In this document: positions 1 to 8,677 of the stretch, piece by piece
How positions within the stretch are numbered: position 1 is the stretch's first letter
How the letters are laid out: every line of letters begins with the position of its first letter
DNA from: Candidatus Parcubacteria bacterium
Lineage (GTDB): Bacteria > Patescibacteriota > Minisyncoccia > Phycocordibacterales > Phycocordibacteraceae
Reading direction: 5' to 3'
Assembly: GCA_022616215.1 (NCBI GenBank)
Contig: JAKEFE010000016.1
Span: forward strand, 5,175-29,174
DNA length: 24,000 bases
Translations under genes and position numbers: made by a program
The notes under the pieces: generated by a model
The model's database searches: none
What the model saw: only the letters and a program-made list of their open reading frames with translations
What the model was told of the DNA's origin: nothing

Positions 1-455
1 TCTCCGGCACACAACCCAAGCACAGAAAGTACGCGAAGCGCCGCAAGACATTCGGCGGCATCGGCATCTTTTTCCGAAAGAGTCGGGAGCGCGTCAAGAA
101 ACTCGGAAAAAACATGAAAGAGTTTTGAATCGTGAATTTCACCGTGCACCAACCGGAGAAACAAGCTCGCTATGCGCCCCGCGCGAAGACGCGCGGGTTC
201 ACTTAGTTTTGCAAGCTTATTTTCTATGAGCACCGCTCCCGAAAGCCGCCATCCTTCTTTTCCGCGCACCAGAAGAGCGTGTGTGTGAGCGAGCGTTTGC
301 GCTGCGCAGGAAAGTTTTGCGCCGGATTTGCGAAGCCCCTGTGCACGAGCGCGCACAAGACCAAAGTCGGGCGTCAACAGATGGAGGAGTGCGCTTGCTT
401 CGGAAAGCGGCGAACGAGCGAGCACAATGGCCTCTGTGTCGTACCTAGCGCGCAT
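1..455 (-). CDS. recO: DNA repair protein RecO, N-terminal ~151 codons (3' end runs off the left edge)
   Basis: This frame is not in the supplied ORF track. Hand translation of the minus strand from ATG 455-453 gives MRARYDTEAIVLARSPLSEASALLHLLTPDFGLVRARAQGLRKSGAKLS...LLVRGKEGWRLSGAVL... with no stop down to position 3. That matches the RecO N-terminal OB-fold pattern (aivL...lt...G.v.a.A.G.rk..skl). The start overlaps the ileS stop by 11 nt. Confidence 0.7.
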   Translation of the reverse strand, partial: MRARYDTEAIVLARSPLSEASALLHLLTPDFGLVRARAQGLRKSGAKLSCAAQTLAHTHALLVRGKEGWRLSGAVLIENKLAKLSEPARLRAGRIASLFLRLVHGEIHDSKLFHVFSEFLDALPTLSEKDADAAECLAALRVLSVLGLCAG

Positions 456-3400
456 TGGTTTTCACCTCAAACTTTTCTACGCCCGTAGAAAGCACCACTT
501 CGTAGGGTCCTTTCCCCCATACCACGTCCACCTGGTCTTTGGGTGAAAGCCCCATAGCTTTTCGTGCATCCGCCACCGCGCGCAGTTTCTCGCGCTCATC
601 CCCTTCTTTCACCAGTTCTGGCGTAAGTACCGTATCAAGATGCAGTTCTGTTCCCGAGAGTTTTTTATCAAACACAACCTGCTTCACATTTATTTCCTCC
701 CGCAAAAGTTCAACGAGTTCTGGAGAAAACGGCACGCTGTCAGCTGCAAGCTGCAAGCTCTGTAGTGGTTGGCGCACTTTGATATTCGCCTTTTGCCGAA
801 GCATCAGTGCTTCGGAGGCAAGCGTGCGCACGCGCGCCATCTCTTCAACGAGTTTTTCATCAACAGCTCCTGCTTCCGGCCAGTCTGCCAAATGCACGCT
901 GTCCGGGTCGGCGAGGCTCTTTACGCTGCGGTACATTTCATCTGCAACAAACGGCATGACTGGTGCAGTGAGTTTTGAAAAAGTCAGCAGAACGTATCGC
1001 ATGGTGGCAAGCGCATGCGTCCGATCCTCTCCCATTTCTTTTACGCGTTCGCGCGAACGACGCACATACCACGTTGAAAAATCCTCAACAAATTCTCGCA
1101 TCGGACGCGAAGCATGAACCGTGTCGTATATCTCAAGCGAGTCAGTAATCGTTTTTGCAACTTCGGCAAGCCGAGAAAGTATCCAGCGGTCAAGGACATG
1201 CGGGGAATCCGCTGATGCGGCAACGGTGTCGTCTTGGTAGAGCGTATAAAACTGGAATGTATTGCGAAGAATATTAATGACTCGACCATGTACTTCTTTC
1301 ACGTCTTGGTCTTTGAAATTCAGATCTTCTGATTGCATGACGACGCTTGACATGAGGTAGTAGCGAAGAGCATCGGCTCCGTACTGATTAACAAGAATCA
1401 TCGGATCGGTGAAATTTCCGACGCTTTTGCTCATCTTTTGACCATCACTTGCAAGAATGGTGCCAGTTGAAACGACATTACTAAATGCGCGATGGTTAAA
1501 AAGAAGTACGGCAACGGCATGCATGTAGTAATACCATGTGCGCGTTTGTGCAATGTATTCTGATATGAAATCTCCCGGTGTTCGTTTTTCAAACTCCTCT
1601 TTGTTACGAAACGGATAGTGGTATTCGGCAAACGGCATACAACTAGACTCTACCCAGCAGTCTACGACTTCGGGAGTGCGGGTAAGTAGTTCACCTCGTT
1701 CATTCATCAACTTTACGTCGTCTATATAGGGCAAATGAACATCTAATTCAAAGTTCTCGTTATGAGGAAGCGGCACGAAAGGAAGTTCCCGTACTTCTCC
1801 GTTTTGCGGGTCTCTCGCTTTCTGCCAGTCGTTTAGAAACTCCTGCATGGTGAGTCCGTACGCGGTAGCGGTGAGCATGCGGATGACGGCACTGTGCGTC
1901 ACAAACAACACGGTTTCGTTTTTGTGTTCTTTTTCAAATTCATACAGAAATTCGCTTGCGCGTTTGCGAACGTCGTACCAGCTCTCCCCGCCCTCCGGAC
2001 GCTTGTGCATCATTTCGTCCGTACTGGTGAACGATTCGTGGTACTCCCTGATGGAGCGACCATTCCACACCCCTCCGTTGAGTTCAATAAGCCGTGGCTC
2101 TGTGGAAATGCGTTCATTTGGCAGACCAAGTGCTTCCGCTACCGCCTCCGCTGTTTGCTTCGTGCGGGCAAGCGGCGAACACACGATACGGGTAATGCTT
2201 TTGTCTTTGAGAAGAGCTCCAGCACGAAGCGCTGCTGCTCTGCCAAATTCAGTGAGATTGCCCGGAACAGAGTCGGTACTGTTCAACACATTCTCTACGT
2301 TATTCTCCGACTCGCCATGTCGCATTACAAAATAGTGATTCCCCGATTTCACCGTCAGTTTCTTAAGTTCCTCAAGTGAACCAATAACGGTTATGTCACC
2401 TTTTGCATCTTTCCAAATGGGAAGTGGGCTTGCCCAGAAACGGTTCCTAGAAATGGTCCAATCCGGCGCATTTTCTACGATGTTTTTGAACCGTCCGTGT
2501 TTTAAGTGTTCTGGAAACCAGTAAATCTTTTCGTTCTCATCAAGCATCTTCTGCTTGATTGATTGGGTGTCCACGAACCACGATGGCACGGCGTTATAAA
2601 TGAGCGGTGTGCCACATCGGTAACAGTGCGGATATGAGTGTGTGTACGGTTGAACATCAAACACGAGTGAACGGCTTCTTAGGTCTTCAATTATTTTTCC
2701 ATTCGCTTTTTTGATATGCTCGCCGCGCAGAAATTCCGGCACATCATCGTTATATGTGCCGTTTGAATTAAGGAGTGGAATCATCGGAAGATTTTGTGCT
2801 TTCCCAAGCTCGTAATCGTCTTCTCCGTACATGACTGCGGTGTGCACTATCCCCGTGCCGTCTTCCGTCGTCACAAAACCCGCAGAAACCACTTCCCATT
2901 TTTTCCCTGTGTGTGCTTTCACTTTTTCTATTTCGTACAGCGGTTCGTACTCTACGCCGACCAACTTCTCTCCCTTCACTACAGTTATGTCGTCGTATTC
3001 GGGATTGAAAGCGAAGTCCTTTGTGAGACCGGATGTTGGCTCTACGACCTCAACATTCCCGTGCATGCGTACACATGCCTCTTTCGCGACTACGAGAGAA
3101 ATCTCTGGCTCGGTTTTCTTCTTAAAGACTACGTAGTCGATGTCCTTTCCTACCGCAAGCGCAACGTTTCCGGGCAGAGTCCATGGCGTTGTCGTCCACG
3201 CGAGGAAAAAAGTGTTTTCAGGGAGTCCGTGTTTTTTCGGCTCTTTCACTTTGAACTTCACCGTTACCGCATCTTCCGTGATGTCCCTGTAGGTGTTGTC
3301 CATCGCAATCTCTGCTTTAGCAAGCGGCGTTTCGTCACGCGTGCAATACATGAGCACCCGTCTCCCTCCATAGAGCTTTCCTCTCTTATGGAATTCTTTC

Positions 3401-3885
3401 AATGCCCACCACACGCTCTCCATGAACGTGGCATCCATGGTCTTGTATGAGTTATCAAAATCTACGAAACGTCCGATACGCTCAATGTATCGTTTCCACT
3501 CATGAATGAACTCGAGCACTGTCTCACGTGCCACCATATTAAATTTGCCAATGCCATACGCAAGAATGTCTTTCTTTGATTTCAGTCCGAGTTTCTTTTC
3601 AACGATGCTCTCAATGGGAAGTCCGTGGGTGTCCCATCCCCATCTCCGGCGCACGTGATACCCGCGCATGGTTTTGTATCGCCCAAAAAGGTCTTTGGAG
3701 GTGCTTCCTAGAATGTGGCCGTGGTGTGGCAGTCCTGTGGCAAACGGAGGGCCATCGTAGAAAACGAATTCGCCTTTGTGAGACGGTTTTTCAAGCGAGC
3801 GTTCAAAAACCTTGTTCTCTTTCCACCACAAGAGTATTTCTTCTTCGCGTTTCGCTACGTCTGCTTTGCCTTTATCTTCGGCCAT
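445..3885 (-). CDS. ileS: Isoleucyl-tRNA synthetase (type-2-like) carrying an internal histidine-phosphatase domain insertion
   Basis: 1146-aa ORF. Class I signatures are present: PPFATGLPHHGHILG (HIGH) and DGQKMSKSVGN (KMSKS). IleRS blocks are present: WGWDTHGLPIE, TTTPWTLPGN, PDWTISRNRFWASPLPIW, VVDCWVESSCMPFA. Confidence 0.95.
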   Translation of the reverse strand: MAEDKGKADVAKREEEILLWWKENKVFERSLEKPSHKGEFVFYDGPPFATGLPHHGHILGSTSKDLFGRYKTMRGYHVRRRWGWDTHGLPIESIVEKKLGLKSKKDILAYGIGKFNMVARETVLEFIHEWKRYIERIGRFVDFDNSYKTMDATFMESVWWALKEFHKRGKLYGGRRVLMYCTRDETPLAKAEIAMDNTYRDITEDAVTVKFKVKEPKKHGLPENTFFLAWTTTPWTLPGNVALAVGKDIDYVVFKKKTEPEISLVVAKEACVRMHGNVEVVEPTSGLTKDFAFNPEYDDITVVKGEKLVGVEYEPLYEIEKVKAHTGKKWEVVSAGFVTTEDGTGIVHTAVMYGEDDYELGKAQNLPMIPLLNSNGTYNDDVPEFLRGEHIKKANGKIIEDLRSRSLVFDVQPYTHSYPHCYRCGTPLIYNAVPSWFVDTQSIKQKMLDENEKIYWFPEHLKHGRFKNIVENAPDWTISRNRFWASPLPIWKDAKGDITVIGSLEELKKLTVKSGNHYFVMRHGESENNVENVLNSTDSVPGNLTEFGRAAALRAGALLKDKSITRIVCSPLARTKQTAEAVAEALGLPNERISTEPRLIELNGGVWNGRSIREYHESFTSTDEMMHKRPEGGESWYDVRKRASEFLYEFEKEHKNETVLFVTHSAVIRMLTATAYGLTMQEFLNDWQKARDPQNGEVRELPFVPLPHNENFELDVHLPYIDDVKLMNERGELLTRTPEVVDCWVESSCMPFAEYHYPFRNKEEFEKRTPGDFISEYIAQTRTWYYYMHAVAVLLFNHRAFSNVVSTGTILASDGQKMSKSVGNFTDPMILVNQYGADALRYYLMSSVVMQSEDLNFKDQDVKEVHGRVINILRNTFQFYTLYQDDTVAASADSPHVLDRWILSRLAEVAKTITDSLEIYDTVHASRPMREFVEDFSTWYVRRSRERVKEMGEDRTHALATMRYVLLTFSKLTAPVMPFVADEMYRSVKSLADPDSVHLADWPEAGAVDEKLVEEMARVRTLASEALMLRQKANIKVRQPLQSLQLAADSVPFSPELVELLREEINVKQVVFDKKLSGTELHLDTVLTPELVKEGDEREKLRAVADARKAMGLSPKDQVDVVWGKGPYEVVLSTGVEKFEVKTNAR
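1749..2350 (-). other. In-frame ~195-200 aa histidine phosphatase superfamily (PGAM/CobC-like, branch 1) domain inside ileS; boundaries approximate
   Basis: Motifs read directly from the ileS frame: HYFVMRHGESENN (RHG catalytic His, nt ~2311-2340), CSPLARTKQTAE, EPRLIELNGGVWNG, VTHSAVIRML (second His). They lie between the IleRS blocks VIGSLEEL and DVHLPYIDD. Confidence 0.75.
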
Positions 3886-3899
3886 GAATCTCTATCCTA

Positions 3900-5540
3900 T
3901 TACATCTTCTCTGGTACGGGAATGCCAAGGAGCCAGAGGCCGTTTTTCATGGTGTTCATGAATGCTTTGGCGACTCGTTGTTTGTACGCCTCTTCCGGAC
4001 TACCAAGCACCTGCTCACTTGCATAGAAAGAGTTCCAGGCAGAAGCAAGCTCTGTAAGATATTGCGTCACATAGTGAGGGGCGCGCTCGCGCTCAGCACG
4101 GAGCACTACTTCAGGGAATCGAATAAGGATGCGTTCAATAACATACGGCTCATCTGGAACTTCCGTACCCGCACCCTCCGACTCGTAGCTCACAATCTTC
4201 TTTGCACGCACATATGCATACTGAAGATACGGCCCAGAGTCCCCATCAAGCGAGAGAGACTTTTCAGGATCAAATATGATGTCGCCCCCAGGTGCTGCTC
4301 GCAAAATCATGTACTTGATAGCGGCCAAGGCCACCTGTTCGGCAATGAGCGGATCGTCATTCTTCTTACTTGCCTCTTCTATTACGTCAGTAATGAGCGA
4401 CTCGCCGGTAATAACGTTACCGGTGCGAGACGACATTTTCCCACTCGTAAGCCTAAGAAAGCCGTTCGGAATATGGAGCGTCTTTGCGCCAAGCGCAGGA
4501 GCAACATCTTCAAGTGCAGCCTTCACCACCTTAAAGTGGCCAATCTGCTCAACCGATGTACAGATGAGTGAGAGGTCAGAGGGCCAACGCTCTTCCTTAA
4601 GAAATGCGAGCCCGAGCTCTTTTGCTTCATAGGTAGGTGTACCCCGTGAGGTGATGAATACCAAGGTGTGCAGCCCCTTCTTCTCCCCCTCATATATCAC
4701 TGCGCCGTCACTCTCCGTGAAGACTTGAGGAGTGTGCTTTTTCACAAGTTCCGTCCCAGACTCCGCCACTTCGCTCTCAAAGAAGTAGTAATCAAACTTG
4801 GTACCAAGCTTTTTGTAGATGACTTCAAACGCTTCAAGTGATATTGCGCGTCCCTTGCGCCACAGCTCCATGAGCTCACGGTCTTCGCCTTTATAAATAG
4901 CAAGGTTGAGCGCGTCTATTTCTGCTTTTGCTTTTTCGCTCTCCTCATATGCTCGTGAGCCGTGAGCATATGCCTTGCCTAGTTCGGCAGCTGTGGCGGG
5001 TTCTGTACTACCAGCTTCGATAAGTCCCCATATCGCTCGCGCAACGTGGGGACCTACGTCTCCTTGGTAGTTTGCTCTGGAAACGGTTGCCCCAGAAAAT
5101 TCAATGAGCCGAGAAACAGACTCACCGATGATGTTGCTCATCAAGTGTCCGATGTGCATCTCTTTGAAAGGGTTTGGTTGTGTATACTCAACCATTATTC
5201 GCTTACCCGTATTCGCATCTCCCCCACCCCACATATCCTCTTCAGAGGCAGTTGCGACACCTTCTCTCACCGCGTCTTTTGAAAGGGTGATGTTGATGAA
5301 ACCGGGACCGGCGACTTCCACGCGAGAGGCGTCTTTGCCGAGCGCTTCTTTGATGAGAGGCGCGAGCTCGCTGGCGAGCTCGCGGGGATTTTTGGCAAGG
5401 TGTTTGGCAGCGGCAAGGGCGGCGTTTACCGCAAAGTCTCCGTGGGCAAGGTCAGCTGGCCACTCAACGACAAAATCAACGTCGCCTGCCCCCGCTTTTA
5501 AAAGCGCGTCTTTGGTCGCTTGCCTAATCTTTTCCTCCAT
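3900..5540 (-). CDS. argS: Arginyl-tRNA synthetase
   Basis: 546-aa ORF. It has the VEVAGPGFINITL block in the N-terminal domain, the HIGH-type motif EMHIGHLMSN, and a DALR-like C-terminal region ending ...GIPVPEKM (terminal Met is typical of ArgRS). It lies 14 nt upstream of ileS. Confidence 0.93.
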   Translation of the reverse strand: MEEKIRQATKDALLKAGAGDVDFVVEWPADLAHGDFAVNAALAAAKHLAKNPRELASELAPLIKEALGKDASRVEVAGPGFINITLSKDAVREGVATASEEDMWGGGDANTGKRIMVEYTQPNPFKEMHIGHLMSNIIGESVSRLIEFSGATVSRANYQGDVGPHVARAIWGLIEAGSTEPATAAELGKAYAHGSRAYEESEKAKAEIDALNLAIYKGEDRELMELWRKGRAISLEAFEVIYKKLGTKFDYYFFESEVAESGTELVKKHTPQVFTESDGAVIYEGEKKGLHTLVFITSRGTPTYEAKELGLAFLKEERWPSDLSLICTSVEQIGHFKVVKAALEDVAPALGAKTLHIPNGFLRLTSGKMSSRTGNVITGESLITDVIEEASKKNDDPLIAEQVALAAIKYMILRAAPGGDIIFDPEKSLSLDGDSGPYLQYAYVRAKKIVSYESEGAGTEVPDEPYVIERILIRFPEVVLRAERERAPHYVTQYLTELASAWNSFYASEQVLGSPEEAYKQRVAKAFMNTMKNGLWLLGIPVPEKM

Positions 5541-5566
5541 AGCAAGGAGTGTAACAAAAGTCCTGG

Positions 5567-6820
5567 TTATTCAAACGATTCAGGGACAGGGCGAGCGGTA
5601 GCAAGTTCCTTAATACGAGCTTTAGCATTCCCTACTGCTGCCTCACGGTTTTTAAGGATATCTACCATGAGTTCCGCCACCTCTCTGCATTCTTTCTCCT
5701 TAAAACCGCGTGTGGTGATGGCAGGGGTGCCCAAACGAATGCCTGAAGGGTCCATCGGACGACGAGGATCGTCAGCAATAACGTTTTTGTTGAGCGTGAT
5801 GTTCGCTTCGTCCAACAGCTTTTCTGCTTCTCCGCCGGACATTCCAAACGACGATACGTCCGCGAGAACAAGGTGGTTGTCCGTGCCGCCGGTGATAAGG
5901 CGCATATTATGTTGAGAAAAGACCTCTGCCATCGCTTTCGCGTTTTTGATTATCTGCCTTGTATATTCTTTAAATGACGGCCGCAGAGCCTCGCCAAAAC
6001 ACACCGCTTTGGCCGCAATCATGTTCATCAAAGGGCCTCCCTGAAATCCGGGGAATACTGATTTGTTTATCTTCTTTGCGAGCTCTTCGTTTTCACGCGT
6101 GAGAATGATGCCTCCGCGAGGACCTCTCAGCGTTTTGTGCGTTGTGGAAAGCATGACGTCAAACCCGTACTGAAAAGGGTTTTTGAGAGCGCCTCCGGCA
6201 ATAAGTCCTGCAATGTGCGCCACGTCTGCAATGACAACAGCATCAACTTCCCTGCCGATAGAAACGAACTTTTCGTAATCAAGCTCCCGCGGATACGCAG
6301 AGAAACCAGCCATGATGACTTTCGGTTTTTCTTTCTTCGCTATCTCACGCATTTCCTCGTAATCAATAGCACCTGTCCCAGCATCTTTCATCTTGTAACG
6401 AACGAAATTGAATATCTTGGTGATGTAGGTTACCGGATGTCCGTGGGTGAGGTGTCCTCCGTGTGAAAGATCCATGCCCATGATGGTGTCGTCCGGCTCC
6501 ATGAGCGCAAAATAGGTAGCAATATTTGCTGGTGCTCCGGCGTGAGGTTGTACATTTGCGAAACTCGCGCCAAATAATTTCTTCGCGCGTTCGATAGCGA
6601 GCGTTTCTACTTGGTCGGTAAATTCTTGCCCGCCGTAGTAGCGCCTGCCCGGATACCCTTCCGAATATTTATTGGTCAAAACGCTTCCCATCGCTTCGCG
6701 AACTGCGTGCGAAACGTAGTTTTCAGATGGAATAAGCTCAAGCCCTTCTGCTTGGCGCTTTTCCTCTCCTTCTAATGTTCCGTATACTTCCGAGTCCTCC
6801 TTCTTGATATGTTCGTACAT
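5567..6820 (-). CDS. glyA: Serine hydroxymethyltransferase
   Basis: 417-aa ORF with SENYVSHAVREAMGSVLTNKYSEGYPGRRYYGG and the PLP-lysine motif STTHKTLRGPRGG. Confidence 0.95.
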   Translation of the reverse strand: MYEHIKKEDSEVYGTLEGEEKRQAEGLELIPSENYVSHAVREAMGSVLTNKYSEGYPGRRYYGGQEFTDQVETLAIERAKKLFGASFANVQPHAGAPANIATYFALMEPDDTIMGMDLSHGGHLTHGHPVTYITKIFNFVRYKMKDAGTGAIDYEEMREIAKKEKPKVIMAGFSAYPRELDYEKFVSIGREVDAVVIADVAHIAGLIAGGALKNPFQYGFDVMLSTTHKTLRGPRGGIILTRENEELAKKINKSVFPGFQGGPLMNMIAAKAVCFGEALRPSFKEYTRQIIKNAKAMAEVFSQHNMRLITGGTDNHLVLADVSSFGMSGGEAEKLLDEANITLNKNVIADDPRRPMDPSGIRLGTPAITTRGFKEKECREVAELMVDILKNREAAVGNAKARIKELATARPVPESFE

Positions 6821-6878
6821 GAATAGGAGTGTACCGCGCCCTCCCGAAAGGACATGGGGACAGCAAAAATGCGCACGC

Positions 6879-6884
6879 TATACT
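6879..6884 (+). promoter_or_regulatory. -10-like hexamer TATACT, 9 nt upstream of the dcd ATG
   Basis: The sequence reads cgcTATACTgtgccgaacATG, with no purine-rich Shine-Dalgarno between the hexamer and the start. The same architecture recurs at other operon-leading genes (see findings). Confidence 0.35.
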
Positions 6885-6893
6885 GTGCCGAAC

Positions 6894-7598
6894 ATGGCGT
6901 TATCCGACCGGCGAATCCTCGAGGAGCTCAAAAAAGGCGACATCGTCATTCACCCGTTTGATAAAAGTCATTTGGCAACTTCAAGTTACGACGTAACGCT
7001 TGGTGAATGGTTTTATCGCGAACAGCCGCCTCAATACAACCACAGTTTGTATAACATCTGGAGTCGCGAACATTCCGAACACGTCTGGGGCGCAGATAAG
7101 TGCGAGCGAGCGGTATTCGCAAAAGAAGCGTTTAAAAAATACAATTTCAACTGGGATGGTATTCGGCCAGATGACAAAGTCATTGTGCTGCGCCCCGGAG
7201 AAACCATCCTCGCTCACACGGAAGAATTCATCGGCGGCAAAGACCACATCACGACCATGATGAAAGCGCGGAGTTCCATGGGACGTAACTTCATTGAAGT
7301 ATGTAAGTGCGCTGGCTGGGGGGACGTAGGGTATGTAAACCGATGGACGATGGAAATAACGAATAACTCAAAGAATTACCTCATCCCGCTCGTTGTCGGG
7401 CGTCGCATCGCACAACTCATCTTTTTTGAGACCGGACCAATACTGGCGAGCGACTACGCCGCGCACGGTAAATACGCCTCGTCAACGAATGTGAAGAAGC
7501 TTGCAAAGATGTGGAAGCCGGAGGACATGCTCCCCAGACTCTGGCGTGACCGCGACCGCGAAAAACGCCAACCATGGCACCGAAAAAAGAGAGCATGA
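6894..7598 (+). CDS. dcd: dCTP deaminase family protein (Dcd/dUTPase-fold)
   Basis: The start was trimmed to the ATG at 6894 (MALSDRRILEELKKGDIVIHPFD...SSYDVTLG). Dcd-type motifs are LRPGETILAHTEE, ARSSMGR, GWGDVGY and TMEITN (catalytic Glu). The TGA stop overlaps the next start as ATGA. Confidence 0.85.
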   Translation: MALSDRRILEELKKGDIVIHPFDKSHLATSSYDVTLGEWFYREQPPQYNHSLYNIWSREHSEHVWGADKCERAVFAKEAFKKYNFNWDGIRPDDKVIVLRPGETILAHTEEFIGGKDHITTMMKARSSMGRNFIEVCKCAGWGDVGYVNRWTMEITNNSKNYLIPLVVGRRIAQLIFFETGPILASDYAAHGKYASSTNVKKLAKMWKPEDMLPRLWRDRDREKRQPWHRKKRA

Positions 7599-8677
7599 TG
7601 CGACCTCATTTCATCGCAGCGACCACGATGAATGAGCTGATTTTCAAGGCACTGGATACCATTTCCCATGACGGCATACGCACACCTTCGCGAAACGGCG
7701 AGACCAGTACGCTCTACAACACCTTCTTCACGCTGACGAACCCGCGCTCGCGGCATTTGAACCTCAAGGGCCGCAAGAACAACGTCTTCGCAATGATTGC
7801 CGAGACGTTCTGGGTACTCGCCGGACATGACGCACTTGATCCCGTGATGACCTTCTTCCTGCCACGCGCTAAGGATTTTTCCGACGACGGCATCACCTGG
7901 CGCGGCGCGTACGGACCGCGTCTCTATCTCTACAACCAGCTTGAAGACGCGGTGCGCGTCTTTCACGAGGAAGGGCTTGAAAGCCGCCGGTCGGTCATCG
8001 CCATTTACCTGCCGGAACGTGATACCAAGGAGAGCTTGAAAGAGATATACCACTTGGAAAACACGAAAGACCGACCATGCAACAACCTGCTCCACTTCTT
8101 CGTAACGCCCGACCAAAAGCTCCACATGAACGTATACCAGCGCTCTGGCGACGTGGTGTGGGGTATGGGAAGCATCAACGTGTTTGAGTGGACCGTCTTG
8201 CATGAGTTTGTCACAGGCGAGGTGCGCCGCCGCTCAAGCAAGGACGTGACGCTCGGCACCTACAATCATTTCGTTACCAATCTTCACCTCTACGACTTCA
8301 CCGGAGAGCAGGGGCGCGCAGTGCTTGAGAACAAAGATGCCCACGACTTCACTTCTGAAAATACAAAACCGCTCATTTTCCCGGAGGGCGTCGACGGAAT
8401 GAGGCGCTTCGCCACCGATTTGCTTGCCACATACGCGCACGCCATCGAAAGCAAGGAGCGCAACCACGAGACACTCATGCGCGAGGTGCGTGGCGTCTTT
8501 GATTTCCACAAGGTGTCTTGCAACGGCAATCTTCTTCCGGCGTATGCAGAACTTGCGGCCGCGTACATCACTACCAAGAACGGAAACCCCGACGTGTCCG
8601 TGTCGCTTGAGGGACACGACGAGGAGTTTGTGTCGAGCGTCCGGGACTCACACTTCAGGAAGTTCAAGCTCGTATGA
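7595..8677 (+). CDS. Thymidylate synthase (ThyA) superfamily pyrimidine C5-(hydroxy)methylase, divergent, with a ~100 aa C-terminal extension
   Basis: ThyA-like blocks are present: IAETFWVLAG, GAYGPRLY, SRRSVIAIY, DRPCNN (catalytic Cys), YQRSGDVVWGMGSIN (R-S-x-D plus the Asn that reads uracil), TNLHLY. I chose the start at 7595 (ATGA overlap with dcd); an alternative ATG lies at 7574. Confidence 0.75.
   Translation: MMRPHFIAATTMNELIFKALDTISHDGIRTPSRNGETSTLYNTFFTLTNPRSRHLNLKGRKNNVFAMIAETFWVLAGHDALDPVMTFFLPRAKDFSDDGITWRGAYGPRLYLYNQLEDAVRVFHEEGLESRRSVIAIYLPERDTKESLKEIYHLENTKDRPCNNLLHFFVTPDQKLHMNVYQRSGDVVWGMGSINVFEWTVLHEFVTGEVRRRSSKDVTLGTYNHFVTNLHLYDFTGEQGRAVLENKDAHDFTSENTKPLIFPEGVDGMRRFATDLLATYAHAIESKERNHETLMREVRGVFDFHKVSCNGNLLPAYAELAAAYITTKNGNPDVSVSLEGHDEEFVSSVRDSHFRKFKLV

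Noticed and set aside
539-3887. Plus-strand ORFs of 69-218 aa inside ileS (539..1117, 769..978, 1847..2335, 1894..2379, 2794..3450, 2831..3136, 3576..3887).
   Set aside because: All are antisense to a confidently identified synthetase gene. They have low-complexity or Ser/Arg/Cys-rich compositions typical of shadow frames, and they show no recognisable motifs.
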